A stretch of DNA of 64,000 bases from the IMG/VR virus record IMGVR_UViG_3300043256_000274, positions 12,411 through 76,410 of that record. The stretch is one strand, 5' to 3'. The stretch comes from a virus. The notes under the pieces are model-generated. The model was not told the DNA's origin. It did no database searches and saw only the letters and a list, made by a program, of their open reading frames with translations. The position numbers were made by a program, and so were the translations under genes. Within the stretch, counting starts at the first letter, position 1; each line of letters starts with the position of its first letter. Below, piece by piece: positions 56,101-64,000 of this stretch.

Positions 56101-56183
56101 CTGTCTAGTTCCTTACCGACTCGTTTCGTACCCGAGACTGCCTTCTTCGGGGAAATCAAAACGTCGATACGAAAAACGGTCAT
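53100..56183 (-). CDS. Tape measure protein
   Basis: 1027 aa, Ala-rich; QLSQGLASGRL.GDELRS; VGEEGPEIFTP. Confidence 0.92.
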   Translation of the reverse strand: MTVFRIDVLISPKKAVSGTKRVGKELDRTKKKARSLESQLKKAFAFIGIAFVVKELAALGDAFTNLQNRLRVVTTSQRELVTVTEDLLQVANRSRSSFQSTAELYSRMALATRELNLEGANLITITESINKAIILSGASAKEANNGLIQLSQGLASGRLTGDELRSTLEQLPIVADVIAKQLGVTRGELRALGAEGKITSIKIIRAFQNAEAELEAKFAKTVPTLSQSFVVLRNNVVAFIGRINEGTGILRGFGNVIRGIGTNLAIITKSLALLGVTLAAIKFAPAIQGFFALQAAAKKGTLTILGSVTAIKAQTAFLAEQAVAEAASARATAFKTQAVITQIQAERARAVVIAGSSQAMLAQAAIEKQLSALKKRLIVEENAYAAAQLRSAAATATANAQANILTRTLVRLKVAILSLNKAIAANLIGIFVVAIAAAVAALIIFRNDIKLTKDGLGTLGDFFAEFFDQLKIALGVLGDFFSDAFEPLVVAVKDALNIIDFEFADLIRVPALFVDRTIGLFLGLFSSIVSIFKSLPKVLGSAFIITVNGIIDSIEFLPDVFIGVVKTIGQILGIFITGQIRALELLAQAAQASLQLRPGLAASLAAEAGEESARAFERATTGVGDRFAQNIKKELDNELIKRLENPFKNAFSELGSTALNAFSDSADFSGVRDFVEGLLKGANQRGADRAAADATEAKAEADRKASTEALARAEAIQKVLVPLAEENRLLGIAIDQGQREADIQQKLAQVRKKLLDDGIKLNLLQALFTEGIIRQNVARGENLALQKRLVPVEEQLAERTRIANQAFDAGAISAAQFAEELRNIDLAAANAGNSLGDGFTRTMAKMKEEAEDLASVMEDVLGASFNAVSDALADFAITGQLNFKEFAKSLIDDIIRIITKLLVLKAIQAATGTGGIPAPVPDTAAHGSGAARANKPFLVGEEGPEIFTPGQTGSITPTDQTIEALSNGAGSGGETVVIQAPAPEVNVNTIVVDDPSKIPTGIESPDGQQAVLNVINQNRSAIKRNIS

Positions 56184-56581
56184 GTCTTGGCCTTACGCTC
56201 GCGGGTGTCGCCGATATAGCTCTGGGCTGCACCGCGCTTGTTCTTGGCTGACTTCTTCCGTGCCTTTTCGGCCTCTTCCATATAGGTCGAGTCCATGGCT
56301 CGAATGACAGCCTCGAACACCTTCATCATAGACGAAGATAGCTCGCAAGCGCAAGCGTAGGCCTGGATGCGAGTCCAGGGAATCGGACCCGCAGTCATGC
56401 CTAGCTGCCTCTCAGTTGAAAGGTCCCAGAACGCCTTCATGTAGAAGTCGTCCCCGAGGAACGGCTGGGGCTCATCTTGCATCCACTTAGGGATGGGAGC
56501 CCCTCGTTCGATCAGTACCTCAGCAGCCCACCCATCCTTCTGCCATTGAAGGATGTAGATGAGCTGCTCTTTCAGTTTCCC
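56180..56581 (-). CDS. Tail assembly chaperone, frameshifted (T) segment
   Basis: The -1 frame is open from the slippery site through FWDLSTER...GPIPW. Confidence 0.8.
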   Translation of the reverse strand, partial: GKLKEQLIYILQWQKDGWAAEVLIERGAPIPKWMQDEPQPFLGDDFYMKAFWDLSTERQLGMTAGPIPWTRIQAYACACELSSSMMKVFEAVIRAMDSTYMEEAEKARKKSAKNKRGAAQSYIGDTRERKAKT

Positions 56582-57045
56582 GAGAGAGCCTCGATGTCGT
56601 CCTCGTCCGGATCTTCCTCGTCCCGGTAGTTCGCCGGCTCGTTGCAGAAGCCCCGGAGCTCGTCGAAGAGGTCGGCCGGAAGCTGCTCGCAGAGTTCACG
56701 GAAGCCTTCGGCCGAGTAGGGAACCTCACGGAACTCCGGCTTCGCGTCCGGATCCTCGTTCGGGATTGCTTCCTGCCAGCCGCCCCACTCACCGCCGTCG
56801 AGATACTTCGGGTAGAGCTCACGGTCAAGTTGCCGGTTCTCGTCCAGCATCGAGGCGTCGATCTTGCCCTTCATGAGCCGCTTACGATTCTTGGCGCTCT
56901 TTGCAAGGATCGCACCGAAGTAGGGGCGGTTGAGGTCGCCTCCGGCCCTCACGCGCACCCAGGGCTCGCCAGGGAGGTCGTAGAAGATGAAGACAGCGGT
57001 CGAGTCGCCGGTCACTTGGGCGCCGGCCAGATTGGAGAATCTCAT
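56572..57045 (-). CDS. Tail assembly chaperone (G)
   Basis: Between the tail tube and tape measure genes; GAGG RBS. Confidence 0.8.
   Translation of the reverse strand: MRFSNLAGAQVTGDSTAVFIFYDLPGEPWVRVRAGGDLNRPYFGAILAKSAKNRKRLMKGKIDASMLDENRQLDRELYPKYLDGGEWGGWQEAIPNEDPDAKPEFREVPYSAEGFRELCEQLPADLFDELRGFCNEPANYRDEEDPDEDDIEALSGN
56575..56581 (-). other. -1 ribosomal frameshift site G GGA AAC
   Basis: X XXY YYZ heptamer directly before the G-gene TGA. Confidence 0.85.
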
Positions 57046-57125
57046 GGTTCCTCTTGGGGTCAGGGGGATACGGAAACGGGCGGCTCTGAGCCGCCCGTCC
57101 ATTACAGCAGTCCTAGCTCAGTCCG

Positions 57126-58622
57126 TCAAGCGGCAGCCGGCACGACGGGGAAGAGGGAGATCCCGATGCTGGTGTCCAAGGTGGGATCCCCGAACGCCTC
57201 TCCTGTGAGGTTCATCAGGACGCTCTCGTTGACCGGGAACTCCTTGTCACCACCACCCAAGGTCATAGCCGGGATGTCGATGCTGAGGGCACCGTCCTCG
57301 TTCCGCAGGAGGATGTCCATGCTCACGGTCTCATTGTCACGGACCGCGGTGGCGACAGCCTCATCCGTGAAGAGGATCTGCCCCTCCAGGTCGACGAGGA
57401 AGTTGCCTGTGTTCATGAACAGTGCCCCAAGGGTCGCCAGGCACTTCTCAGGAGTGACCTCATTGCCCAGGGTCAGGGTCACGTCCTTGAAGCAAGTCGT
57501 GATGCCGGTCTCGTCAAGCTGCAGGATGCGCAACCGGAGGATGTCGGCGGATGTATTGTAGGCAGCCGTTTGACGGGTCACCGTGGGCGTGGCCGCGTTG
57601 GTGGCTCGCACTGCGGTCGGGACGTCGGTGTCCGTACCAATGAAGCCGAAGGTCACCAGCGCCTTGTCCGCGAGCGGCAGGGCGAGAGCCATGGTGTTCG
57701 CGAAGTTGCCCAGACTGTACTCGAAACGCGGCGTGTCGCCGGCACCGAGGGTCGTGTAGGCAGCCTCGAACTGGTAGGAGCGCTCGACGAAGTCGCCATC
57801 GTCGGTCGCGACGTTCTTGAGGAAGCGGCCGAACAGAATGTCGACCGTGTCGCCAACGCCGTCGTCGGTTGACAACGTGGAGCTCACCTTGTCACCCACA
57901 AGTACCAGAGCCGAGATCGAAGTCAGGCGCATGTAGCCCTGCATCCCAGCGCCAGCGCTATCGAACTGGTTGGCCTGCAGGACACCGCCGATGTGGATGA
58001 GCTGCCCGAGCTCAAGGCCCATGGTCGTGAAGTCTTCGGCCACGGCGCTTGTGAGCGTCGCGACGGTACCCGTCACATCCAGGTCCAGGTCACTCAGCGT
58101 TCCGCGTCGACCACAGACCTCGAGCGTCGCGTTCTCCTCCGTCGCGATGACTGCGTCAGCCACCAGCGTAGTCACCACAGGCACGCTAGTCGCGGACGGC
58201 ACAGCGTTCACGACATGCAGGCCGTTGTTGACTGCGTCAGCGAAACCCACCGCGAAGACGAGGTCGTCGACTACCAGCGTCGGACCCGCGGGCACGGTGA
58301 AGGCGAGCGTGGTTGTCGCGGTCGGTCGTTCGAGCTGGACCCCCAGGAAGTTCGCGAAGACGAAGCCCTCGGCGAAGTTGATGAAGACCTCCTTGGTGAG
58401 GTCGTGCTCGAACTCGGCCGCGGAGTCCAGGTCCACGACGGTGCCCTTTCGGCGCTGTCGTGTCCGGGAGATCGGGTTGCGCGAGACCGTGGTGATCGTC
58501 GCGCCGAAAGTGCTGATGTCGTTCGGCTCCAGGAGAATCCACTCTCCCGAGGGGTTGAGGACACCAAAGGTCGCCTCTACGCTGTAGGCGAGGCTGATGT
58601 TGTTGGTCAATTGCCTACTCAT
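57126..58622 (-). CDS. Major tail tube protein
   Basis: LEPNDI..FG......RNPI...RQRRKG..VDLD; GGAGG RBS. Confidence 0.85.
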   Translation of the reverse strand: MSRQLTNNISLAYSVEATFGVLNPSGEWILLEPNDISTFGATITTVSRNPISRTRQRRKGTVVDLDSAAEFEHDLTKEVFINFAEGFVFANFLGVQLERPTATTTLAFTVPAGPTLVVDDLVFAVGFADAVNNGLHVVNAVPSATSVPVVTTLVADAVIATEENATLEVCGRRGTLSDLDLDVTGTVATLTSAVAEDFTTMGLELGQLIHIGGVLQANQFDSAGAGMQGYMRLTSISALVLVGDKVSSTLSTDDGVGDTVDILFGRFLKNVATDDGDFVERSYQFEAAYTTLGAGDTPRFEYSLGNFANTMALALPLADKALVTFGFIGTDTDVPTAVRATNAATPTVTRQTAAYNTSADILRLRILQLDETGITTCFKDVTLTLGNEVTPEKCLATLGALFMNTGNFLVDLEGQILFTDEAVATAVRDNETVSMDILLRNEDGALSIDIPAMTLGGGDKEFPVNESVLMNLTGEAFGDPTLDTSIGISLFPVVPAAA

Positions 58623-58635
58623 GGTGGCACCTCCG

Positions 58636-59067
58636 TTACTTGGTCTGTGTGTAGTCGAAGGGGACTTCGACTTCGGTCATGCGGGACTTGTCATCTTCGT
58701 CCAGCGGGATTTCTCGAACGTCTCCTGCGATGAAGTCGAGTCTCTCACTGCCACCAGGGACAGTGACATTCTTGCTCTCGAAGATGTCTAGCGCGAATTG
58801 CGCGTGCTCGGCCGCTGATTTCATGCCTTGTTCTGCAGGAGTGAAGACTGACATGAGGACTAGGGCGTTCCGGCGATGCTTCTTCTGGTCAACATCGCCC
58901 ATGGTTTCAGTTGTTCCGGTGAGATTGCGGACAACGACACGGATCCATTCGACATCTACTCCGGGCTCATCGAACTTGACACCTTCCAACTGCCGGAGTG
59001 TTCGGCTACCCCAGCCTGCATCGAAGGCCTGGTAGACGGCCTCGCGTGCTTCGTCGATGGTGGTCAT
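58636..59067 (-). CDS. Tail terminator protein
   Basis: Size and synteny; VFTP...G, VPF.Y. Confidence 0.65.
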   Translation of the reverse strand: MTTIDEAREAVYQAFDAGWGSRTLRQLEGVKFDEPGVDVEWIRVVVRNLTGTTETMGDVDQKKHRRNALVLMSVFTPAEQGMKSAAEHAQFALDIFESKNVTVPGGSERLDFIAGDVREIPLDEDDKSRMTEVEVPFDYTQTK

Positions 59068-59468
59068 CGGGATCGGCTCACGGTTGCTTTCACGGCTCGC
59101 AGGATCGCGCTCTGGATGAAGGCAGCCGGCGCTTTCCGGCTCGAACCTGCATTCAGCTTCTTGATGTACGGGACGTTGTTGCTGATGAAGATGGAAGGGC
59201 CCAAACGGTAGCCTGCGATGGCGACTTGACCTGCTGCCTGGGGTGCGGAATCTAGCCCAGGGGCGCCCCTGCTGGTGGGGCGAACGCCTGCAGGCTTTTT
59301 ACGTGGGCTACCGATATTCGGCACCCAGTTGGATCGCGCCCAGCCCGTGTCGACCGGCGTGTCCTCGATGAGGTTCGCAGTGACGTTGAGCGCAAGACGT
59401 TGCACCAACCTCTCTGTGAAGCCCCGGAGGTCTTGCACGACGACGCGGACGGACGTGGTGACAACCAT
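59064..59468 (-). CDS. Tail completion/neck protein (HK97 gp10-like)
   Basis: TPVDTGWARSNW, ISNNVPYI..LN.GSS.KAP. Confidence 0.8.
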   Translation of the reverse strand: MVVTTSVRVVVQDLRGFTERLVQRLALNVTANLIEDTPVDTGWARSNWVPNIGSPRKKPAGVRPTSRGAPGLDSAPQAAGQVAIAGYRLGPSIFISNNVPYIKKLNAGSSRKAPAAFIQSAILRAVKATVSRSR

Positions 59469-59470
59469 GG

Positions 59471-59779
59471 CTACTCCTCGAAGTCCTCGTCCTCGTCGGG
59501 CAGGTCTTCGAGCTGCTCCCCTTCGGGATCACTGGCACCGTTGGCCTCAGCCAGCGACTCAAGAGCGGCGAGTTGGGACTCAGAAGGCTTGCGGTCTTCG
59601 GATTCCGGCTTCGGCTTTTCACTCAGAGGGCCAAGAACGCCTTCGGCACACCACTGACGGAGCCGACCCATTCGGGGATCGGCCCGACGCGCGTTGAACA
59701 CGTCTCCGGGCTCATAGCCCCGTCCGGAGTACCGAAAGGGCTTGAGCACGGAGTACGAGAGCTGGCGGCTGACGAGCAT
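59471..59779 (-). CDS. Hypothetical protein after the capsid gene
   Basis: Acidic tail; PGDVF. Confidence 0.5.
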   Translation of the reverse strand: MLVSRQLSYSVLKPFRYSGRGYEPGDVFNARRADPRMGRLRQWCAEGVLGPLSEKPKPESEDRKPSESQLAALESLAEANGASDPEGEQLEDLPDEDEDFEE

Positions 59780-59781
59780 AT

Positions 59782-60777
59782 CTAGCTCGTCAGGTCGAGA
59801 AGCATGGTTCCGAGGGTGTCGGAAATCTGTTCCTGGACGTACGAGGATTCGATCTCGATGCGACGGCTACGGGTCTTGGGATCCTCGAAGCGCGACATAC
59901 GGGTGCCGGCAACGCTGGAGCCCGAGAGGCCACGCCAGGAGAAGGTGTAGCCCGCGGACGGCGTGTAACGGCCGGGACGCGGAGCAACGTACAGCAAGAG
60001 GACGTGGTCGTCGTAGATGAAGCCCGGAGAGTTCGCGGCACCTTCCGCTGCAGAGTTGAAGATCGACTCAGCAACGAGGATACGCGGGATCTCGGTCAAG
60101 GCAGCAAACGTCCCACGCATGACCTCGGCAGGACCGGTCGTCTGGCCGCGGTTGACGCGGTCGATGATGTCTGAGTGTTGCTTGACCTGAGACCAGACAG
60201 CCGCACCCATGACCATCGTGTTCGGGCGGTAGCCCGAGCGAGCCAGCATCGCGAGCGATGCGACTTCGACGTCACCGATGGGATCGCCAGTCGAGGTTGG
60301 ACCACCGACCCAGTTGGTCGGACTCGATTCGTTCGTCCACGCACCAGCCTGGAAGAACTTCAACGCCCACTGTCGCTCACGGTTGATAAGAGCTTGGTAG
60401 GTCAGGAGAGTCGTAGCCTCAAAGTCGAGATCGACTTCATCGTCCGCATTCTCTTCAGTCTGTTCGTCAATGTCGTGGTGAAGACCCCACACATCAGCGA
60501 AGTACGGACGAGTCGACGTTTCGTAGCCGACGCCTTGGGTTTCCGTGCCGGGGGCACGCTTCTTCATCTGGTCGCGGTTGAAGTGCTCTTCCGCGTAGGT
60601 GCGGTAGAGGTCCGACTGCTTCGAGACGGGAATCATCGGGAAGACCTGGTCCGCAAGGAACTTGGACTCTTCCTGGAAAATCGCCAAGCTCATGTTGGTG
60701 AGCGGGCGATCGACGTGAACAGCCGATTGAGTCGGCTGTGCTTTTCGGACCATGCGGTCCGCTTCGTGAATGGCCAT
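59782..60777 (-). CDS. Major capsid protein
   Basis: HVDRPLTNMS, ADQVFP.IPV, RAPGT, PNTMVMG, PSAGYTF. Confidence 0.85.
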   Translation of the reverse strand: MAIHEADRMVRKAQPTQSAVHVDRPLTNMSLAIFQEESKFLADQVFPMIPVSKQSDLYRTYAEEHFNRDQMKKRAPGTETQGVGYETSTRPYFADVWGLHHDIDEQTEENADDEVDLDFEATTLLTYQALINRERQWALKFFQAGAWTNESSPTNWVGGPTSTGDPIGDVEVASLAMLARSGYRPNTMVMGAAVWSQVKQHSDIIDRVNRGQTTGPAEVMRGTFAALTEIPRILVAESIFNSAAEGAANSPGFIYDDHVLLLYVAPRPGRYTPSAGYTFSWRGLSGSSVAGTRMSRFEDPKTRSRRIEIESSYVQEQISDTLGTMLLDLTS

Positions 60778-60796
60778 GGTAGTAGCTCCTTACGCC

Positions 60797-61168
60797 CTAC
60801 AGGATGCCGCGGGGATTGAACAGCATCTCACAGAGTTCGCCAGCGGCGCCCCCGACGAGGCACTTGCCCAAGATGTGGTCGCCCGTGGTGCCGAGGATCG
60901 CGAGACCCAAGGCGTCGGACTGAACGAGGTCGCCAGCGACAATGTCGCCGACACCGATGACCACCTTCGCACGACCGGCGTACTGCATCGTGGCAGCCTG
61001 ACCAACAGCGGAGGGATCATTGAGGAGCACGCCATCGACGTCACCGCCGGCCGCGCCGACAAGGTCGATCTGACCGTCAGCCGCGACGAGGACGAACTTG
61101 AATTGATCGGCGCTGAGGTCAGCGCCGGCTTCCAGAGTGACACTCTGGACTTGTTCTTGTGCAGACAT
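60797..61168 (-). CDS. Capsid decoration/cement protein
   Basis: AGADLS..QFKFV, GVLLNDP; located before the capsid gene. Confidence 0.75.
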   Translation of the reverse strand: MSAQEQVQSVTLEAGADLSADQFKFVLVAADGQIDLVGAAGGDVDGVLLNDPSAVGQAATMQYAGRAKVVIGVGDIVAGDLVQSDALGLAILGTTGDHILGKCLVGGAAGELCEMLFNPRGIL

Positions 61169-61180
61169 TGGATAGTCCTC

Positions 61181-62284
61181 CTAGCTGCGCTTGGACTGAA
61201 TGTAGAGTTCGCGGCCGGCCGGCGTCTGGAGGACGTCGGAGTAAGCCTTTTCGAACGTGACGCCGTTTTTCTCAGCACGGGCCTCGGCGAGCTTGGAGAG
61301 CTTCGCTTCGGCTTCGGTCGGTCCACCTTCTTCGCCGGTAATGCTACCGGCAACCTGGAAGCCCTTGGAAATGCCCTCGTTGGCCGCGGCGAGCATCTCG
61401 CCTACGGCCTTGCGATCGGCTTCACCGGGAATACCGGCTACGGCCTTGAGCAGAGCTACCTGCGCGGACTCGTCGCCCGGAAGGTTGCCAAGCTCTTCTT
61501 TGGCCCGCTTGGCGAAGGTCTCACGCTCGCGCGCAACCTTCTCCACCGCGAGGTCCGCTTCGTTCTTGTCCGCGCGCTTGGCGAGGGAGAGTACGAGGGA
61601 ACCGTTGGACTTGCGGATCTCCTGACCGTCGAGCGTGGTGTAAACCACCGGGTCGTCGCCTGCGGCCTTTTCGACCTGGGCTTGACGCTCTTCGGGGGAG
61701 GCTTTCAGGAACCCGTCCTGATCGTCGGAGGGCAGAGCCCCGTAATGTGCCTTCTGCACATCGGTGAGGCTGGCGAGAGCACTGGCCTTGGCCAGGTCAC
61801 CCTCCAGCTTCTCGATGCGCTTTTCAACCGCGGCGTTGGCTTCAGCGGCGGCGATCTCTTCATCAGTCTTGGTCTTCATCAGAATATCCTCTGTGGTTTG
61901 ACCGCCGCCGGAACTGGCGGGTTCGCCTGACAACGTCGTCAGGTCTTTTTCCGTGAGTCGCTTCTCGATCACGGTGTGCGTGTGCCCATCAGATAGGCCG
62001 ATGGTGATGCTGTTGTCGTCGTTCCGCACCCAGGGGTGCGAGTGGTTGAACTCGTTGCCTTCGGCCATGTCCCAGGACGTCTCGCCGTGATCACCGGAGA
62101 GATCAATGAGATGCTGGTGGCCATCTGCAACACTGACGAGTCGAACTCGCTTGGCGATCTCGCTGTCCTCTAGCGCTTTCATGAGGAGCGCTCGGGCGGG
62201 GAGTTGCGCCGGAAGATCGACGGAGCTGACCTCGTTGATCTCGAACTCATCCATACGGTTGATTTTGCGCGCCTTGGTCTTCAC
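61181..62284 (-). CDS. Scaffold-like protein with protease-like N-terminus
   Basis: INEVSSVDLPAQ; His motifs; long Ala/Glu/Lys helical region. Confidence 0.7.
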   Translation of the reverse strand: MKTKARKINRMDEFEINEVSSVDLPAQLPARALLMKALEDSEIAKRVRLVSVADGHQHLIDLSGDHGETSWDMAEGNEFNHSHPWVRNDDNSITIGLSDGHTHTVIEKRLTEKDLTTLSGEPASSGGGQTTEDILMKTKTDEEIAAAEANAAVEKRIEKLEGDLAKASALASLTDVQKAHYGALPSDDQDGFLKASPEERQAQVEKAAGDDPVVYTTLDGQEIRKSNGSLVLSLAKRADKNEADLAVEKVARERETFAKRAKEELGNLPGDESAQVALLKAVAGIPGEADRKAVGEMLAAANEGISKGFQVAGSITGEEGGPTEAEAKLSKLAEARAEKNGVTFEKAYSDVLQTPAGRELYIQSKRS

Positions 62285-62835
62285 AGTGTTACCTCAGTGT
62301 CTCTGATCCGCGAGCCACCAATGCTGAATCCAGTCCGTTCTCCGGAACTGAATTTCGCAAGCGTCTCCTGGTTGTTAGGCTCCATCGCGATCATCCAGCC
62401 AGTCTTGTCGCATTCGATCTCGAACGCTTTGGCGATCTCGGCTGTGAGTGGCATGGTGTGTACGACCTGACCGTCTTCGCAGCGGTGCATATCACCGCCC
62501 TGGCGATTGCCCTTCGCGAACTTGGTCGAGGCCTTGAGCATGGCCTCATCGGGAATCCAGTCGTCTTGTGTGTCAACGTAAGGCTGACCGCCCTCGCTAC
62601 AGATGATCGCCCATCCGAAGACGAGGCCGAGACTCTCGTCGACTTTCGCGACCTTGCATTCCAGACGCTTCAACATAGGTACTGTTTTCGCGGATTTTTC
62701 ATCCGACGTCAAGATGATAGCAGAATCCTCCGCCTTCGCGCTACCCCTAGGTTTTGCGGTTTTGTACGTGGAGCCTCCGCGTTTACCCCGACGCTTTCGA
62801 CGGCGCCGATCCTTGGACCTCTTGTGGCTAGTCAT
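62281..62835 (-). CDS. XkdF-like prohead serine protease
   Basis: LVFGWA, YVDTQDD, DMH, GFSIGG. Confidence 0.8.
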   Translation of the reverse strand: MTSHKRSKDRRRRKRRGKRGGSTYKTAKPRGSAKAEDSAIILTSDEKSAKTVPMLKRLECKVAKVDESLGLVFGWAIICSEGGQPYVDTQDDWIPDEAMLKASTKFAKGNRQGGDMHRCEDGQVVHTMPLTAEIAKAFEIECDKTGWMIAMEPNNQETLAKFSSGERTGFSIGGSRIRDTEVTL

Positions 62836-63806
62836 GCGGGCACAGCATCAGGGATGTCGGACGTGAATCGAGTTGACTTGGCGCATCGGCACTGGACGGT
62901 GTCTGCGGCTGACGCGCGACTATCGCCAGGATACCGAAGTAGGCCCCCAATGCCCGAGACGAAGGGTTGCCCAAAGGGGCGAACTTGTCCGTTCATGAAC
63001 GTGTGGGCAGGATGTCGCACTCGGCCGTCGCCCGCGGTGTGCCAGGTTTGGCTCAGATCCGGGTCAATCAGCCCTGCCTCGATCGCCTGGGCGAACCCCG
63101 CATCGCTGCCAAGGTGGACGGCCCCCAGGGATTCGGTGCGCGCGATGACCCGGGCGCGGTGAGCGATAGAATTCTCGTAGTACCGCTGCACCATCCGGTC
63201 GATCTGAGCTTGCGAGAGCGGCTCCCCGGCGTTGAGCGCACGCTGAATGGCCGGGTCGAATCGGCGGTCGCGCAGAACACGTTGCAGCGCGATGGCACTG
63301 TTGGATTCCAGAGCACGCCGGAAGTTGGCGACCGCTCGCATCTGATTGACCGTGAGGCCGATGCTCTGTCGGAACAGCTCCGCCTGAGCGCGAGGATTCA
63401 GGCCGGCTCGGATACCCTCCACAAGCGCGGCGCGCGTGGTGGCACGTTGCCCAGAAGTGAACTCACGGATCAGACGCAGCGTGTTCTCGCGCATCTCGTT
63501 GACGGCGCGGACGTTGACCTGGTCAAAACGAATCGTGATGCCAAGTGAGCTTGAAATGAAGCCCATGACGTCTTCGGCTGCAAGGACGTAGGCCGTGACG
63601 TAGGCATTGGCGATGTTCGTCGCAGCGACCTCCGCCTCGATGAGTGCCTCTTCGAACTGGCCGAAACTCAGAAGCTCTTCCAGACGCGCCACGCTCACAC
63701 TGTTACGAATCTGAGCGATAGCAGCCAAGAAGCGCTGACGAAAGATGTCCTCTGCTCGAGACAGTAGGGCTTCGATCCGCGCTTCGCTGTAATTGAACTC
63801 GGCCAT
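62832..63806 (-). CDS. Minor head protein (Mu gpF/SPP1 gp7-like)
   Basis: RARVIARTE, W.TAGDGRVR..H, LRYPGD, QCRC. Confidence 0.88.
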   Translation of the reverse strand: MAEFNYSEARIEALLSRAEDIFRQRFLAAIAQIRNSVSVARLEELLSFGQFEEALIEAEVAATNIANAYVTAYVLAAEDVMGFISSSLGITIRFDQVNVRAVNEMRENTLRLIREFTSGQRATTRAALVEGIRAGLNPRAQAELFRQSIGLTVNQMRAVANFRRALESNSAIALQRVLRDRRFDPAIQRALNAGEPLSQAQIDRMVQRYYENSIAHRARVIARTESLGAVHLGSDAGFAQAIEAGLIDPDLSQTWHTAGDGRVRHPAHTFMNGQVRPFGQPFVSGIGGLLRYPGDSRASAADTVQCRCAKSTRFTSDIPDAVPA

Positions 63807-64000
63807 CAGACGCGGATTTCACAGACGTAGGTAGCAGCAGCCGGGTCACGCACGATAGGGCCGGTGAGATGGAAGGTCGACCCTTCGGCGATGACGCGGT
63901 CTTCGGTCTCAGGGATGATTCCCGAGGGGAGCGAATCGCCCAGGAAGACAATCACGCGCGTCCCTTGTGCGATCTCAGTACCGCCGAACCGCTTCGCGTC
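63806..64000 (-). CDS. Head closure-like protein (partial)
   Basis: Open to the window edge; P...DRV...G.TF...RDPAAATY. Confidence 0.5.
   Translation of the reverse strand, partial: DAKRFGGTEIAQGTRVIVFLGDSLPSGIIPETEDRVIAEGSTFHLTGPIVRDPAAATYVCEIRV

Noticed and set aside
60770-61930. Long plus-strand ORFs (also 13673-14500, 28926-29681, 55020-55835, 57993-58733)
   Set aside because: Antisense shadows of well-supported minus-strand genes in GC-rich DNA; no motifs or RBS.

Overview
The window is about 64 kb of a tailed dsDNA phage genome (siphovirus-type, GC roughly 60%), with essentially every gene on the minus strand. From the right end, the head and tail module (64000-44567) contains a MuF-like minor head protein, XkdF-like protease, scaffold, decoration protein, major capsid, tail tube, a tail chaperone pair with a GGGAAAC -1 frameshift, tape measure, and BR0599/J-like tail tip. 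A terminator and sigma70-type promoter follow. The replication and nucleotide module (44431-24743) contains a SNF2 helicase, SSB-like protein, Dda/RecD helicase, class II RNR with a Gln-terminated LAGLIDADG intein, HD nucleotidase, two DNA methyltransferases, family A polymerase, dCMP deaminase and primase-helicase. The accessory region (24638-7118) contains a metallophosphoesterase, ClpP, GGDEF protein, dNTP diphosphohydrolase, SSB, ThyX, and a MazG/RtcB/HD/RNA-ligase cluster. An early-type cassette (6678-3441) encodes a beta sliding clamp and is bracketed by two repeat-rich non-coding regions. The gene layout resembles YuA/M6-type siphoviruses (inference from synteny). The most notable observations are: (1) a GCCGAATGA motif reused at stop/start junctions and clustered in a non-coding array; (2) a shared early-gene leader with an antisense copy at the end of the same transcript; (3) a two-ligase RNA repair plus alarmone-hydrolase cluster; (4) an overlapping two-frame C5 methyltransferase with an in-frame stop; (5) a candidate structured ncRNA. 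No terminase, portal, endolysin, integrase, tRNA or CRISPR array was recognised. All protein calls come from reading motifs by eye, not from database searches.
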